DNA from: Bdellovibrionota bacterium
GTDB taxonomy: Bacteria > Bdellovibrionota_C > UBA2361 > JBGSMV01
Reading direction: 5' to 3'
Length of the DNA: 51,156 nucleotides
Assembly (NCBI GenBank): GCA_041739995.1
Contig: JBGSMV010000045.1
Span: 1-51,156 of the forward strand
The stretch's first letter is position 1, and every line of letters begins with the position of its first letter. Below the pieces are notes generated by a model that saw nothing but the letters and a program-made list of their open reading frames with translations, made no database searches and was not told where the DNA came from. Position numbers and translations under genes: made by a program. Shown piece by piece: positions 37,101 to 46,062 of this stretch.

Positions 37101-38508
37101 TTTACGCACGCCACATACGACGGAAGCCGCTCTCGATGCGATCGGCAGAGTTTCCGCACTGCGTGATGAGACCCGCGGACTGGTCCGCACCTATACCCAT
37201 GGGGCGCGTGGTTTAGTCGAATCCGCCCTTCTGGAATACCCGGACGAAGATTCTAGAATTATCCAGCAAGACTATGATTCGTTTGACCGTGAAGTCTCTC
37301 GATCAATAAATGGTGTGCCTTTATTTTCGCGAGAATATTCAGGCGTTGGCCTCTTGCTCGCCCTGCAAGATTCTCGACAAGAACGAACAGAACTCTCGTA
37401 TGATGGCATGGGGCGTCGCTCCGCAATCTCCTATCCTGATGGGTCTCGGCTCTCTTATGAAGCTCCCGTGTTCTTTTACCCGGCCTTGCCGAACGGCAGC
37501 GTTCTAAGGACGCGTTGGAACGATCGTGGGGGTTCCACCGTAACCGCGGAGTTCGATACGTTTGGGCAGCCAGTGTTGTTTTCCGCTTCGTCCGGGCCGC
37601 TGGGATCTGCCTCACGCCTGTATAGCTACGATGCGCTCAGGCCGATTGCGATATACTCGCAACAGGCCGACGGAGCCTCCGCACTTCTTTCCTACGAGTA
37701 TGATTCCCTCGGCAGGCCTGTTGGGGAGTCCTCCTCCGTATCATCGAGCACCTATCAAGAGGCCTACACATTGGGGAAGGACTACGATCAGTTCGGAAGA
37801 CTCGTACGTTACGACTATCCGACGACTCCGCCAACGCGCGTCGATTACCTCCGTGACCAATTCGGAAGGGTGCGCGAAGTTCGCGTGAATGACGCCCCGA
37901 TTCAGACCTCAATCTTCGATGGCCCGGTGCTCGTGGGAGAGACCCTGGGCGAGGTGCTGCGGTTGTTCGAGTACGATTCCAGCACGGGCGAGCTGGCCAG
38001 GGCTCGTGACACCGTTGGCTCCAGCACCCTCTCAGATCTTCGCTTTGACTATAGTGCGGCTGGCCGATTGACAGTGCGCGACGACTTCGGATTGCGCCGA
38101 GGAGCCCTTCCCTCGACCCATGAAACTTTCAGATACAATGATCTTGGAATGCTTGAGGAGCACCACGCTATCCAGCCAAGAGGAAGGTCAGGCAGCCGTC
38201 TCTTCTACCCCGAAGCAGACGGAGTCTTGGGGCTCATTCCAAATGCTAATGAGATGTTCGAGCTCACCTCGCTCTTCTCATATGACGCATTCGGCAACCC
38301 AACTCATAGCACCACTGGAAACTTCCAGTTCCAATGGTCACCACTTGGCCTACGCACCCTCTCCCGACCAAGCGTCTCTGCACTCTTCGCACAAGACGCA
38401 ATTGGTCGGAACGTGCTGCACCAAAAGGTCGGCACCTTCAGTTCTACCCAAACCACCCAAGTTCGGGATCGTGGCATGGTTCTCTATCAACGTGAGACCT
38501 TGGAATAG
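34189..38508 (+). CDS. Rhs/YD-repeat shell protein lacking the Rhs-associated core and toxin
   Basis: Many YD/xDxxGR repeats (YDDKGR, YDENGNL, FDDFGRL, YDSFGRM, YDSLGRP, YDQFGRL, YDAFGN). The N-terminal hydrophobic segment ends in AKA-Q. No DPxG motif at the end. Confidence 0.9.
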   Translation: MIRSLPLYLSFSFQCARNSRGPQPSLALLCVRALPLFAFLLTSLATVVVDAKAQGARLAASDDNVQFSNGVLRHHRYDDIDLYTRSLHGISYAVGPVELQYNESYPDTGGYFHDRAGNFDLKSVNFEQGIVVGLPRVYANWIYDGVLRYRLGPTRPSGSQGGYGDYQFQTLISSGRYVAIDIGFPDAQLHDTELGLNYHLRLHDVDGSWIPYEIVTESGHVVEVTWNETLSQHGLPLPASFRLSMGGIELERLELSYTTSGPRPRLTSINSFLNGQFAAWRSVWLGYLSSGHQPEFILNRLFLGANGSGPLQPNLVPSGLRLSYGTAGNKDILLRLNNYQNKQLKEFLLSEVPVPPFNLVRTVYSGIRIGGPTRAPTTLVYQLSGPSGQDRSAIVTSPLRPNDPLTMDLDSEIGTLVRMSRASCPNPLYQATYSNGGPSSGYLESEQLRHECDKLLTRTFVYSPQGFLEGIETVGVGSDGQPLTRSFSMATRSTLTASGTRSYRLTETTDTFGRSMSWDYDDKGRMTEEWSSEPGDNIQTHYSFWDSAGTQVQSVVHTFENARQSEALFSQAGLLLQTSEAANTPDEVTQSYLYDPMLRAQALVDYRGNQTTLSYDENGNLERLALIPSGGEEHVTTTYSFHPDFPQTVRRVDIEWEKGGLHQSGFSELTFLSDTPVATKQVLGGSSTTPLTAWSTEFDPSTLRLTRYCMRPDFSSNSGCQNFNFRADGVFAGLPHYVDYAGGLSSGGYRRTFLYGAFTDLIGSRVQDQALDYSTYRTFDDFGRLRQAQSIPASGSPELLEYRFDANDRLVGQRKFIGGILTSDLQQEFLLNGASDRPARFEDLVSELRTTYEYADSFGRLTRARTTIGDSRLQEDFFVDAGSFDSFNRPRTFSRFVDGAGSLTWQANWNTLGDLVSRSDERGNPTIFEYDSFGRMTHQLTPLFDIAVVYGISSNGRFIRTISTERTTNSSLRTPHTTEAALDAIGRVSALRDETRGLVRTYTHGARGLVESALLEYPDEDSRIIQQDYDSFDREVSRSINGVPLFSREYSGVGLLLALQDSRQERTELSYDGMGRRSAISYPDGSRLSYEAPVFFYPALPNGSVLRTRWNDRGGSTVTAEFDTFGQPVLFSASSGPLGSASRLYSYDALRPIAIYSQQADGASALLSYEYDSLGRPVGESSSVSSSTYQEAYTLGKDYDQFGRLVRYDYPTTPPTRVDYLRDQFGRVREVRVNDAPIQTSIFDGPVLVGETLGEVLRLFEYDSSTGELARARDTVGSSTLSDLRFDYSAAGRLTVRDDFGLRRGALPSTHETFRYNDLGMLEEHHAIQPRGRSGSRLFYPEADGVLGLIPNANEMFELTSLFSYDAFGNPTHSTTGNFQFQWSPLGLRTLSRPSVSALFAQDAIGRNVLHQKVGTFSSTQTTQVRDRGMVLYQRETLE

Positions 38509-38520
38509 AAGGAGCACTCT

Positions 38521-41175
38521 ATGAAACACTTAATCGCAGTTATGAAATACTTCCTTCAGGCTCCTGTCTTCATCGCGACGATCGCCACAATGATCCTCGG
38601 GCTGCTTCTTGGCACAGCCTCTCATTCGCATGCGTGGACTCCAGTTGAGATTCCGGTCGCTGTAGATACGGTGACAATACTAAACTACAGCCCAATTAAG
38701 CGGCCAAAGAGTACGATTACCGTATACCAACCCGATACTGGCGCTCCGCTCGTGAGCTATATTGAATATGGTTCGGGGTCGAATCGACAGCACTACGGCT
38801 TTTTGCACCTTATCGATCCGAACAGTAATACCTCTTTGCTACTCCGAGAGTCGTCAACTGGTATAAATATTCCGCTTTACTATCAGGAAGCATTCCCCTC
38901 CCAGGTCGTACTCTCTCCGCAGCATGCGAGATATGCAGCACTTATCCCAGCTCTTGGAATTGGGGCGTTGGTGTGCGACTCGGAACTGCAATCTTGCATC
39001 ACCGACTATCGTCTCTACGATGCTCGCTCAGTTTCATCTGGTGGCTCACTGCGATTTCTTTCCCCCGATCCACTCGGCACATGGGTGAGTCAAAACCAGT
39101 ATCAGTATGCGACCGAGACCGATATCAACCCGCTGCAATCAGTCGATCCCACCGGCTTGCAACCAGACGACCCAGACAGTCGAGCTCAGGCCCGAGAGCG
39201 TGCAAGAGAGAGACAACGAAACGCGGAGCATGAAGCAGCCAACCAACGACTTCAAGAGAGTTATGGGGGCAACTCCTCGTTCTGGAACACTGTCCGGTTT
39301 ACGATTGCCGAGGTAAGTCCCGGGCTTGGAATGTACGTTGCTCGCGACTATACAACATTCTCGGCGGCTGCTCGCGGGGAAACGGATATCATGGGAAGTT
39401 ACGCACAGGCGCGAAACGGCGCCTTGCTCGACGCGGTTACGGCCCCAATCGGCGCAGGCTCGACTAAGCTGATCGCTGGAACGATCGAAAGACAGGTAGT
39501 AGGGGAAGTTCTTGAAGGAGCCAGCCGCCAAGTTGCGAGAGAGGTTACTCAGGCCGTTGGCAGAAACGGGGCGCGCCATCTTGATGCGGATGGCATTGCG
39601 AGAATGGGAGAGCGTCTCTCCGATAGCGGCGTTTCCTATCGCGGCACGCAGTACGGTCCTAATAATTTCAATGCAGATAACGCAATTGACTCGCTGCAGG
39701 GCAGTCGAAAGGATCTCACCGATGGAGTCAATTGGAACAGGAATGGCAACACGGACCCCATGCCTGATTACTTTACCGGAGGGCAGCAGCAAGACCTAGT
39801 CAGGAACGGCTCGCCGGATCTTAGATTTTCAACTACCAACCCGCAGGTTGGAGTTAAGTATACCGGGGGGCATGGCGGTCTTGAAGTCCTTCCTGGGACA
39901 AATGCGATGCAGATGGTTCCCAAGAATCCAAATTTTGGGCACGGCACACTTACTGTCGGACGCCAATTCGATGATATGCGAGCGATTTCTGACACAGTAT
40001 CGCGCGATGCCGAACAGGTCTCTCGTGGCTTTCATCAGTTTGGAAGCTTCCTTGATTCTGGATATCGCAGGGTTGGTTCAGAGACGGAAATGTGGGCAAG
40101 GAACTTCAGGCCAAACAGATTCGATCCTACCGGTAGGGAAATAGCGCGTCAGATGAACTGGGGGAACAATTTCAACAATCTCGCCGCAGGACTCGGGGGA
40201 CTCACGGCTCAGCAGTTAGGGAACCAGCTGAACGATGTAGCAGCCGACAACCTTTATGCACAACCTCCGGGCACGACTACCGGAAGTAGCTCAAGTAGCA
40301 GCTCCAGCAATTCATCTTCCCAGAGCTCTAGTAATTCGAGCGAATCGTCTTCAAGCAACTCGAGCTCGACGAGCAGCAATTCGAGCAATAGCGATTCCAG
40401 CAATAGCAACTCCAGTCAAAGCAGCCAAAGTTCTGACTCCTCCCAAAGTTCTTCCGAGTCCTCTAACTCCTCAGAAAGCTCCTCATCATCGAATAGTTCG
40501 AGCAGTTCCAGCTCCTCAGGTAGTTCAAGTTCCTCATCGAGCGATTCAAGTAGTAGCAGTGAGTCATCGTCAAGTGATTCTAGCGACAGTTCTGCGAGTT
40601 CCGATTCGAACGGAAGCAGCTCTGGGGGGAGCAACTCGGGTGGTAGCAGCTCCGGTGGCAGCAACTCAGGCGGCAGTAGTTCTGGCGGAAGCAGCTCTGG
40701 CGGAAGCAGTTCGGGTTCAAGCTCCTCGGAGAGCAGCTCCCCCGGTTCGAGTAGTTCATCGAGTAGCGTATCAAGCAGCTCTTCGAGTAGCTCAAGCTCC
40801 GCGTCATCAAGTAGCTCGTCATCAGAGTCGAGTAGCGCGTCATCCAGCTCTACTCCTAGCTCCTCGAGTGTAAGTTCGTCCAGTTCCGCGAGCTCCTCCG
40901 ATTCGAGCCATAGCCACTCCGAGAGTAGTCAAAGTTCCTCATATAGCGGGGGGTGTCCTCTCGCAGCTCAGTACCGATGCATAGAGTGCTTTGAATCGGT
41001 CGGGGCTGCATCTTTCGCATCAGGCTCAGAGGTTTCGGAGGCTCAGAGCCTCGCCACCGAGGACACAGAACGAGCTGGCATCTTGGATGATATTCGAGAG
41101 TGGATCTTCCCGTCTCAACCAAGCTGCGCCTCTCTGCGTTCAATGTGTTGCCATTGCTGGGGGATGGGCTGTTAG
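38521..41175 (+). CDS. Signal peptide + Rhs-associated core + ADP-ribosyltransferase-like domain + poly-Ser linker + Cys-rich tail
   Basis: AAGGAG RBS; signal peptide ending SHSHA-W; core motif RFLSPDPLG...NQYQYA...NPLQSVDPTGL; then YRG, FSTTN and ETE motifs; a Ser tract of about 220 aa; C-terminal CxxC and CCxC motifs. Confidence 0.8.
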   Translation: MKHLIAVMKYFLQAPVFIATIATMILGLLLGTASHSHAWTPVEIPVAVDTVTILNYSPIKRPKSTITVYQPDTGAPLVSYIEYGSGSNRQHYGFLHLIDPNSNTSLLLRESSTGINIPLYYQEAFPSQVVLSPQHARYAALIPALGIGALVCDSELQSCITDYRLYDARSVSSGGSLRFLSPDPLGTWVSQNQYQYATETDINPLQSVDPTGLQPDDPDSRAQARERARERQRNAEHEAANQRLQESYGGNSSFWNTVRFTIAEVSPGLGMYVARDYTTFSAAARGETDIMGSYAQARNGALLDAVTAPIGAGSTKLIAGTIERQVVGEVLEGASRQVAREVTQAVGRNGARHLDADGIARMGERLSDSGVSYRGTQYGPNNFNADNAIDSLQGSRKDLTDGVNWNRNGNTDPMPDYFTGGQQQDLVRNGSPDLRFSTTNPQVGVKYTGGHGGLEVLPGTNAMQMVPKNPNFGHGTLTVGRQFDDMRAISDTVSRDAEQVSRGFHQFGSFLDSGYRRVGSETEMWARNFRPNRFDPTGREIARQMNWGNNFNNLAAGLGGLTAQQLGNQLNDVAADNLYAQPPGTTTGSSSSSSSSNSSSQSSSNSSESSSSNSSSTSSNSSNSDSSNSNSSQSSQSSDSSQSSSESSNSSESSSSSNSSSSSSSSGSSSSSSSDSSSSSESSSSDSSDSSASSDSNGSSSGGSNSGGSSSGGSNSGGSSSGGSSSGGSSSGSSSSESSSPGSSSSSSSVSSSSSSSSSSASSSSSSSESSSASSSSTPSSSSVSSSSSASSSDSSHSHSESSQSSSYSGGCPLAAQYRCIECFESVGAASFASGSEVSEAQSLATEDTERAGILDDIREWIFPSQPSCASLRSMCCHCWGMGC

Positions 41176-41507
41176 CTTCTAGAGGTAACTTCAAAGGGCT
41201 CCGAGGCACATAAAGTATCGACGCACGGTAGAGCCATCGAAAATGCTTGCTGCCGCCATCTGACGCAAGACGCTCAGGCAGATACCAGTGCTGGTTCCCG
41301 TCCCTCGCTGTAATGCGAGTAGATGATTTATAGATTCCTAATGTAGGAGATGGGGACAAAGGGACGGCACTGCCCAAGAATAATGTAACCAGCGAGGCTG
41401 AGAGAGAGTGTGTGTGAAGCTCGCGCCCGTCGAGCCTCGAAGGGCGGAGAAAGTCCCACAAACGGGACTTTCTGAAGTTCGTTAAAGGAGTATTCGAAAA
41501 ACGCGCA

Positions 41508-42284
41508 CTAAAAAACGTTGCTCGCCTTCGCGAGTGAATCGCAGAACGCAAGTTTGTCACTAAGTCCAGAAAGTATGTTCTGCACTTCTGGTGAGGCACC
41601 AAGGATAGGAAGCGTTCGTTGATGTCTATCAGTCAACTGCTGCACCAGGCGTGGGATCCATCCTCTCGAAAAAGATGAAACCGAAGCTGGGTCAATCTCA
41701 GAACAATCGAGAACAAGGAAAGCACCCCTCCGAGAGAGATAGACCAGATCACTAAATGTGTGCTCAATGTCGTTCGTTCCTAGTGATTCCGGTCTGAGAA
41801 GAGTCTCCGCAATCACGGAGTTGCCTGCTTGAATGGTAAGGTCTACGAACCTAAAGTAGCGTGTAGCACGGTTGACTTCGCCTGACGCAACGCCCACATT
41901 TGCCGATACCATTGGGTTGTCGACGGCCACCAACTCGGTGTTGGGGAAGCGTTCGTCATCAGCGTCTTTGATACCAGTCTTCCGGGATGAACTTCGAGGG
42001 GAACTTCGGGATGGGAAGGTCTCGGCTCCCTCTCGTGGGCGAAGGATTTCTCCAATCAGTGTTGGTCGCACCTCGCCGAGCGCTGCTGCATGAGAGCGCT
42101 CTTCGGCAGAAGCGCCATTCCAGAGTCGAACCCGCGCACATGCTCGGCGATAGATTCCCGGATCCTCACCGGGGGCTACCAAGTAGGGAAGCTTAACCAT
42201 CCGGAGCTCGCCCAACGGCTCGCTCCGTCTAGATTCGCTCCGTCTAGATATTGGACCCGTGTCCCCTATGTGAAATGGCCACAT
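41508..42284 (-). CDS. Hypothetical protein with a C-terminal STAS (anti-sigma antagonist)-like domain
   Basis: LVLDCSEIDPASVSS...LPILGASPEVQNIL resembles the STAS pattern LD.S.v..idSs...l.g.sp.v..il. AGGAG before ATG 42284. Confidence 0.5.
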   Translation of the reverse strand: MWPFHIGDTGPISRRSESRRSEPLGELRMVKLPYLVAPGEDPGIYRRACARVRLWNGASAEERSHAAALGEVRPTLIGEILRPREGAETFPSRSSPRSSSRKTGIKDADDERFPNTELVAVDNPMVSANVGVASGEVNRATRYFRFVDLTIQAGNSVIAETLLRPESLGTNDIEHTFSDLVYLSRRGAFLVLDCSEIDPASVSSFSRGWIPRLVQQLTDRHQRTLPILGASPEVQNILSGLSDKLAFCDSLAKASNVF

Positions 42285-42476
42285 ACCAGCTCCTGACTTC
42301 TTATTTGCGCCAAAGGATACCACGCCGCCCGGTGGTACTAAAGCATATAGATTCAATTCGTTAGGACCGATGTCCGGTCGACCATGCGCGTCACAATGCG
42401 TTTTGGCATATCTGCTCTTGAGTCGGAGAGGCTACTTCAAAACTAACCGAGGATCTCTTTTCGCTTCAAATCGGGG

Positions 42477-42889
42477 CTAAATCGCCGCCACTCCATGGGG
42501 AAGCGTGGGCACCTGTGAAGTAATCTCTTGGAGCGACGAGAGCATTTTCTCTGCGCTCTGAACTCGCCTCTCAGGATCTCGGTCCATCGACCTCATGGTC
42601 GCTCTCGCAGGGGACTCAGGGCGCGCTCACCTCTCAGTAGGCGGGGAGACGCGGGTGGGTGCCGCAGTCTTCCCTCAAGGGCATCACGTACGCTCTTCGC
42701 CTGAAACGGTCCTGCGCCGGTGAGCATCTCGTATCCGAGGCACCCGAGGGTGTAGAGGTCGTCGCGCCGGTAAAGGCGTCCTTCGGTCAAGTACGCCTGC
42801 GCGGCATAATCGAGGGAGCCAAAAGAAGGTGATTGCCCTTCGTCTACTCGTAGGGATTCTCTCGAGAAGACACTCTCCGATCGACACAC
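42477..42889 (-). pseudogene. Frameshifted, truncated Ser/Thr kinase remnant (C-lobe)
   Basis: FGSLDYAAQAY...DDLYTLGCLGYEMLTGAGPF (subdomains VIII-IX) in one frame. After a shift near 42610, MRSMDRDPERRVQSAEKMLSSL (subdomain XI) follows in another frame. No N-lobe, HRD or DFG seen. Confidence 0.75.
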
Positions 42890-43025
42890 GACTCATGTTC
42901 TTTGCGCTGACGCTTGCTCCGAAAGCACATCTGAGGTGGATGCTTGCGCGGGAATATCGATTTTACATCGCCGCCTCGCATTTCAGTGCTCGCAGAGCTC
43001 GAGGTGCTGTTGGTATACTAGGAGC

Positions 43026-44075
43026 ATGTCGATGCTTCGAAGAGTGGGCGCACCCTGGTTTTTTTTGTGCGTGTTGATCTCGTTTCCTCTGAGCGGAGTT
43101 CCCTTAAATGCTCAGAGCACCTCTGCTAAAGAAGAACAGCTTCGCGCTGGGCTACTAAAGCGTCTTGAATCGGATGACATAGGCTTGGTCGAAGATCTGA
43201 GACCCTACTATAGGAGAGATCTGCAAATTCCATTTCGGAAACAACCCGGCGCAAATATAGCTGCGGCCATTGAACTAGGGAGAAAGCTCTTTTTTGAAAA
43301 GCGCATCTCGACTAGCGGCAAGCTGTCGTGCGCAAGCTGCCATATGCCTGAGAAATATTGGACGGATGGACTGGCGCAAAGTAGCGAGGGGAATAGTCGG
43401 CGCTCCATGGCGCTGTTTAATCTTGCCTGGGACGGGCTTTACACCTGGCACGGGAGAGCAGGAACCCTTATGTCTCAGTCAATTCTGGCTATGACTGCTC
43501 CGCGTGGCATGGGGGCGAATATGCTTGATGCCGCAAAGCGACTATCTGCAGATTCAGACTATCTCAAGTTGTCGGCCAAGGCGTTCCCACTTGCGCCGCA
43601 ACGGATAACCCCAGAAATTATTGGCGCAGCGGTTGAGTACTATGTGGCCTCCCGTATATCCGGGAACTCTGCGTTTGACCGCTGGGTGGATGGGGACGAA
43701 GCAGCGATCGGCGTCCGGGCAAAGCGCGGATTTTTGAAGTTTCATATTACTGCGAATTGTGGACAGTGCCACAACCTGTGGCGCTTTTCGGATAGTCGTC
43801 GCTATGACATTGGCTTGAGGGAAGTGGCGAATAGTGACCGAGAGCCGAAGTATAAAGCCGTAGGCCTCAGAAATATCGCGAAGCGTCCACCTTACATGCA
43901 CGACGGTTCGTTGGAAACGCTTGAAGAGGTTTTGCAATTCTATGTTCGAGGCGGGGACGAGCTGCGTAAGAGCAAATCACCGCTGATCCGGCCACTTCGC
44001 CTTAGCTTGGAAGATCAGGCAGAGATATTAATTTTTCTTCAGAGTCTCACCGATTCCAAGCCGCCAACCCCCTAA
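43026..44075 (+). CDS. Di-heme cytochrome c peroxidase/MauG-family protein
   Basis: ELGRKLFFEKRIS, CASCH, WHGRA, CGQCH and LRNIAKRPPYMHDGS, plus a signal peptide. Start at 43026 or 43032. Confidence 0.9.
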   Translation: MSMLRRVGAPWFFLCVLISFPLSGVPLNAQSTSAKEEQLRAGLLKRLESDDIGLVEDLRPYYRRDLQIPFRKQPGANIAAAIELGRKLFFEKRISTSGKLSCASCHMPEKYWTDGLAQSSEGNSRRSMALFNLAWDGLYTWHGRAGTLMSQSILAMTAPRGMGANMLDAAKRLSADSDYLKLSAKAFPLAPQRITPEIIGAAVEYYVASRISGNSAFDRWVDGDEAAIGVRAKRGFLKFHITANCGQCHNLWRFSDSRRYDIGLREVANSDREPKYKAVGLRNIAKRPPYMHDGSLETLEEVLQFYVRGGDELRKSKSPLIRPLRLSLEDQAEILIFLQSLTDSKPPTP

Positions 44076-44237
44076 TAATACCGATGAATTTTGGAAGTGT
44101 GGCCAAATGCTCAGGAGTGCCCATGGATTTTCGTAGGGCTCTCTAGGAAATTATGGCACACGGACAATCAACTCCGCATAAGAACTATTAGGTTGGTCAA
44201 CCCGTGCGTAGGCATGGGGTGTTTTTGTGGGGTTCAA

Positions 44238-45614
44238 ATGAAGGTTGGTTTTTCCTCTCGCAGAGTTGCGTCGCGGCTACTCTTAATCTCAATCGTCACG
44301 CTCTCCGCAACTAATATTTCTCTGATGTCGATGCCTGGTGAGGCGCTCGCTGAAATCCAAGTCCAACAAGGCGGGGCAGCATCTCCCTGTGTTGCTGGTG
44401 AGGATGTGGTCGTGCAACGACTTGCTCTTCATGAAGTAGATGGACGAGACCCCTTTCTAGCTCCCGTGGAGCCTTGTACTGGAGGGGGATCGAGCTCAAG
44501 TTCAAGTGTCGGGTCCAGTTCCTCATCTTCGACGTCGAGCATGGGAGACTATTACAACGGCGGAACCATGTGCGGATTTAGTCAGGGCTCCGGACTCGAT
44601 TTCGGTGCTTGCGCCCCAGGAGAAACATGCGTGCCGTTTGTGATCGTTGGAGGCGGCATCGGTGGAATATGTGAGCCCTGTCAGGGAGGTCTGTGCGGTT
44701 GCGCAGCCGGTGAGTTTGCATGCGGAAACACCTGTTGTGGCTCCGGCCAGAGTTGCTTCAATGGTGCCTGCACGGGCGGGTCGAGTTCGTCTTCAAGCTC
44801 CTCAAGCGAGAGTAGTAGTTCATCGAGCTCTGAGTCGTCTAGCTCTTCAAGCTCTGAATCCTCAAGCAGTTCGTCTGAATCGAGCTCATCGAGCACAAGC
44901 AGCTCCTCCAGCTCTGAATCGTCGTCTAGTGTAAGTAGTAGCTCCTCGAGCTCTTCGAGTGCGAGCAGCAGCTCGTCAAGTTCAGAGTCATCGTCAAGCT
45001 CATCGAGCATGAGTAGTGAATCGTCTAGTTCCAACAGCTCGGTAGGGAGTTCGAGCAGTTCGTCATCGAGTGAGAGTTCGAGTAGCTCATCTGACTCAAG
45101 CAGTAGCTCATCAAGTTCCGAAGGTGATTTGCCACCGGGCTGTGAGAGACAGGTGTTCATTGAGCAAAAGGAATTTCTTGGTCTTGGGCCTAAGCTGTTA
45201 ACGCAGTATTCGAACAAGGTACTGAAGCGCCTTAACAGGGTAACCACGAACTCCAACACGAGAGTGGCACTTCGCAATGTGAAGAAAGGGCCGCAGCGAC
45301 GCATCGCAAGGTACACCCAAGCGGCATATGTCAGCTTGGCGCAGCTTCCTGAGGTGATGGTGCTCTGTTCAACAGAGGAGCATTGCTACGCGGTCGACAA
45401 TACGCCGGCGATCAATCAGCATATTCAGGCGATTCTGAAATTGCGGAATACCATCACTCGGGTCCTCAATCGGGCCACGCGTTTGGTTTTCCCGTCTGTC
45501 GAGGAGGCTCGTAAGAAGACCAAGAAGTTTGGTCGACAAATCAAACGCTACGGCAAGGAGCTTGTGGCGGAAGCCCAAAGGCTTCCACCTACTCAGTTTG
45601 TGTGCGAGCAATAA
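44238..45614 (+). CDS. Secreted Cys-rich, poly-Ser protein with a basic helical C-terminal domain
   Basis: Signal peptide ending ALA-E; Cys-rich module CAAGEFACGNTCCGSGQSCFNGAC; a Ser tract of about 115 aa; the C-terminal domain is shared with 48982-50442. Confidence 0.8.
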   Translation: MKVGFSSRRVASRLLLISIVTLSATNISLMSMPGEALAEIQVQQGGAASPCVAGEDVVVQRLALHEVDGRDPFLAPVEPCTGGGSSSSSSVGSSSSSSTSSMGDYYNGGTMCGFSQGSGLDFGACAPGETCVPFVIVGGGIGGICEPCQGGLCGCAAGEFACGNTCCGSGQSCFNGACTGGSSSSSSSSSESSSSSSSESSSSSSSESSSSSSESSSSSTSSSSSSESSSSVSSSSSSSSSASSSSSSSESSSSSSSMSSESSSSNSSVGSSSSSSSSESSSSSSDSSSSSSSSEGDLPPGCERQVFIEQKEFLGLGPKLLTQYSNKVLKRLNRVTTNSNTRVALRNVKKGPQRRIARYTQAAYVSLAQLPEVMVLCSTEEHCYAVDNTPAINQHIQAILKLRNTITRVLNRATRLVFPSVEEARKKTKKFGRQIKRYGKELVAEAQRLPPTQFVCEQ

Positions 45615-45656
45615 GCGACCACGACTCCCAGATGCGCTTAATGGGGAGGGTCGTCG

Positions 45657-46046
45657 CTATCGTTGAGGGATAGCGGCGATCATAGAAATCTCCACGAGCG
45701 ACCCTTTGGGAAGTCCTGCAACCTGAACGGTCGCTCTGGCAGGCTTGGAATCTTTCATCCACTTCCCATATACCGTATTAACCGTATCAAAGTGAGCGAA
45801 GTCCATCAGGTAGATAGTGGTGCTTACCACATCAGCAAACGACAGCTCCGCATGGGTCAATACTGCGGAAAGACTCTGCATTACGCGCTCGGCTTGAGCC
45901 TGAATTCCCCCTTCAACAATGGTCATTTTCTGTGGATCTAGAGGGATTTGCCCTGCCAAGAACGCAAAGCCGTTGGCCATCGTGACTTTGGAGTAGGGGC
46001 CAATGGCGCTCGGGGAATCGGGGGCATCACTTGAATAGGCAACCAT
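45657..46046 (-). CDS. ridA: RidA/YjgF/UK114-family enamine deaminase
   Basis: AIGPYS, AGQIPLDP, VNTVYG and PARATVQVAGLPKGSLVEI. Confidence 0.93.
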   Translation of the reverse strand: MVAYSSDAPDSPSAIGPYSKVTMANGFAFLAGQIPLDPQKMTIVEGGIQAQAERVMQSLSAVLTHAELSFADVVSTTIYLMDFAHFDTVNTVYGKWMKDSKPARATVQVAGLPKGSLVEISMIAAIPQR

Positions 46047-46062
46047 CTCAGCTCCTTAACTA

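Noticed and set aside
40280..40950. Ser-rich repetitive DNA as a possible CRISPR array or VNTR
   Set aside because: There is no constant repeat-spacer structure. Synonymous Ser codons are mixed, so the repetition is at the protein level, and no cas genes are present.
19154..41175. A functional link between the nicotinamidase operon and the Rhs-ART locus because both involve NAD
   Set aside because: The loci are about 9 kb apart, separated by housekeeping genes, and share no visible regulatory motif. Nothing in the sequence supports coupling.
40856..41602. 248-aa minus-strand ORF as a possible Rhs immunity gene
   Set aside because: It is on the wrong strand for a cognate immunity gene, overlaps both neighbouring genes, and has non-protein-like composition.
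44681..45316. 211-aa minus-strand ORF rich in E/L/D (similar ORFs at 40416-40664 and 40580-40843)
   Set aside because: These are antisense mirrors of the poly-Ser coding tracts on the plus strand. They have no independent RBS or domain.
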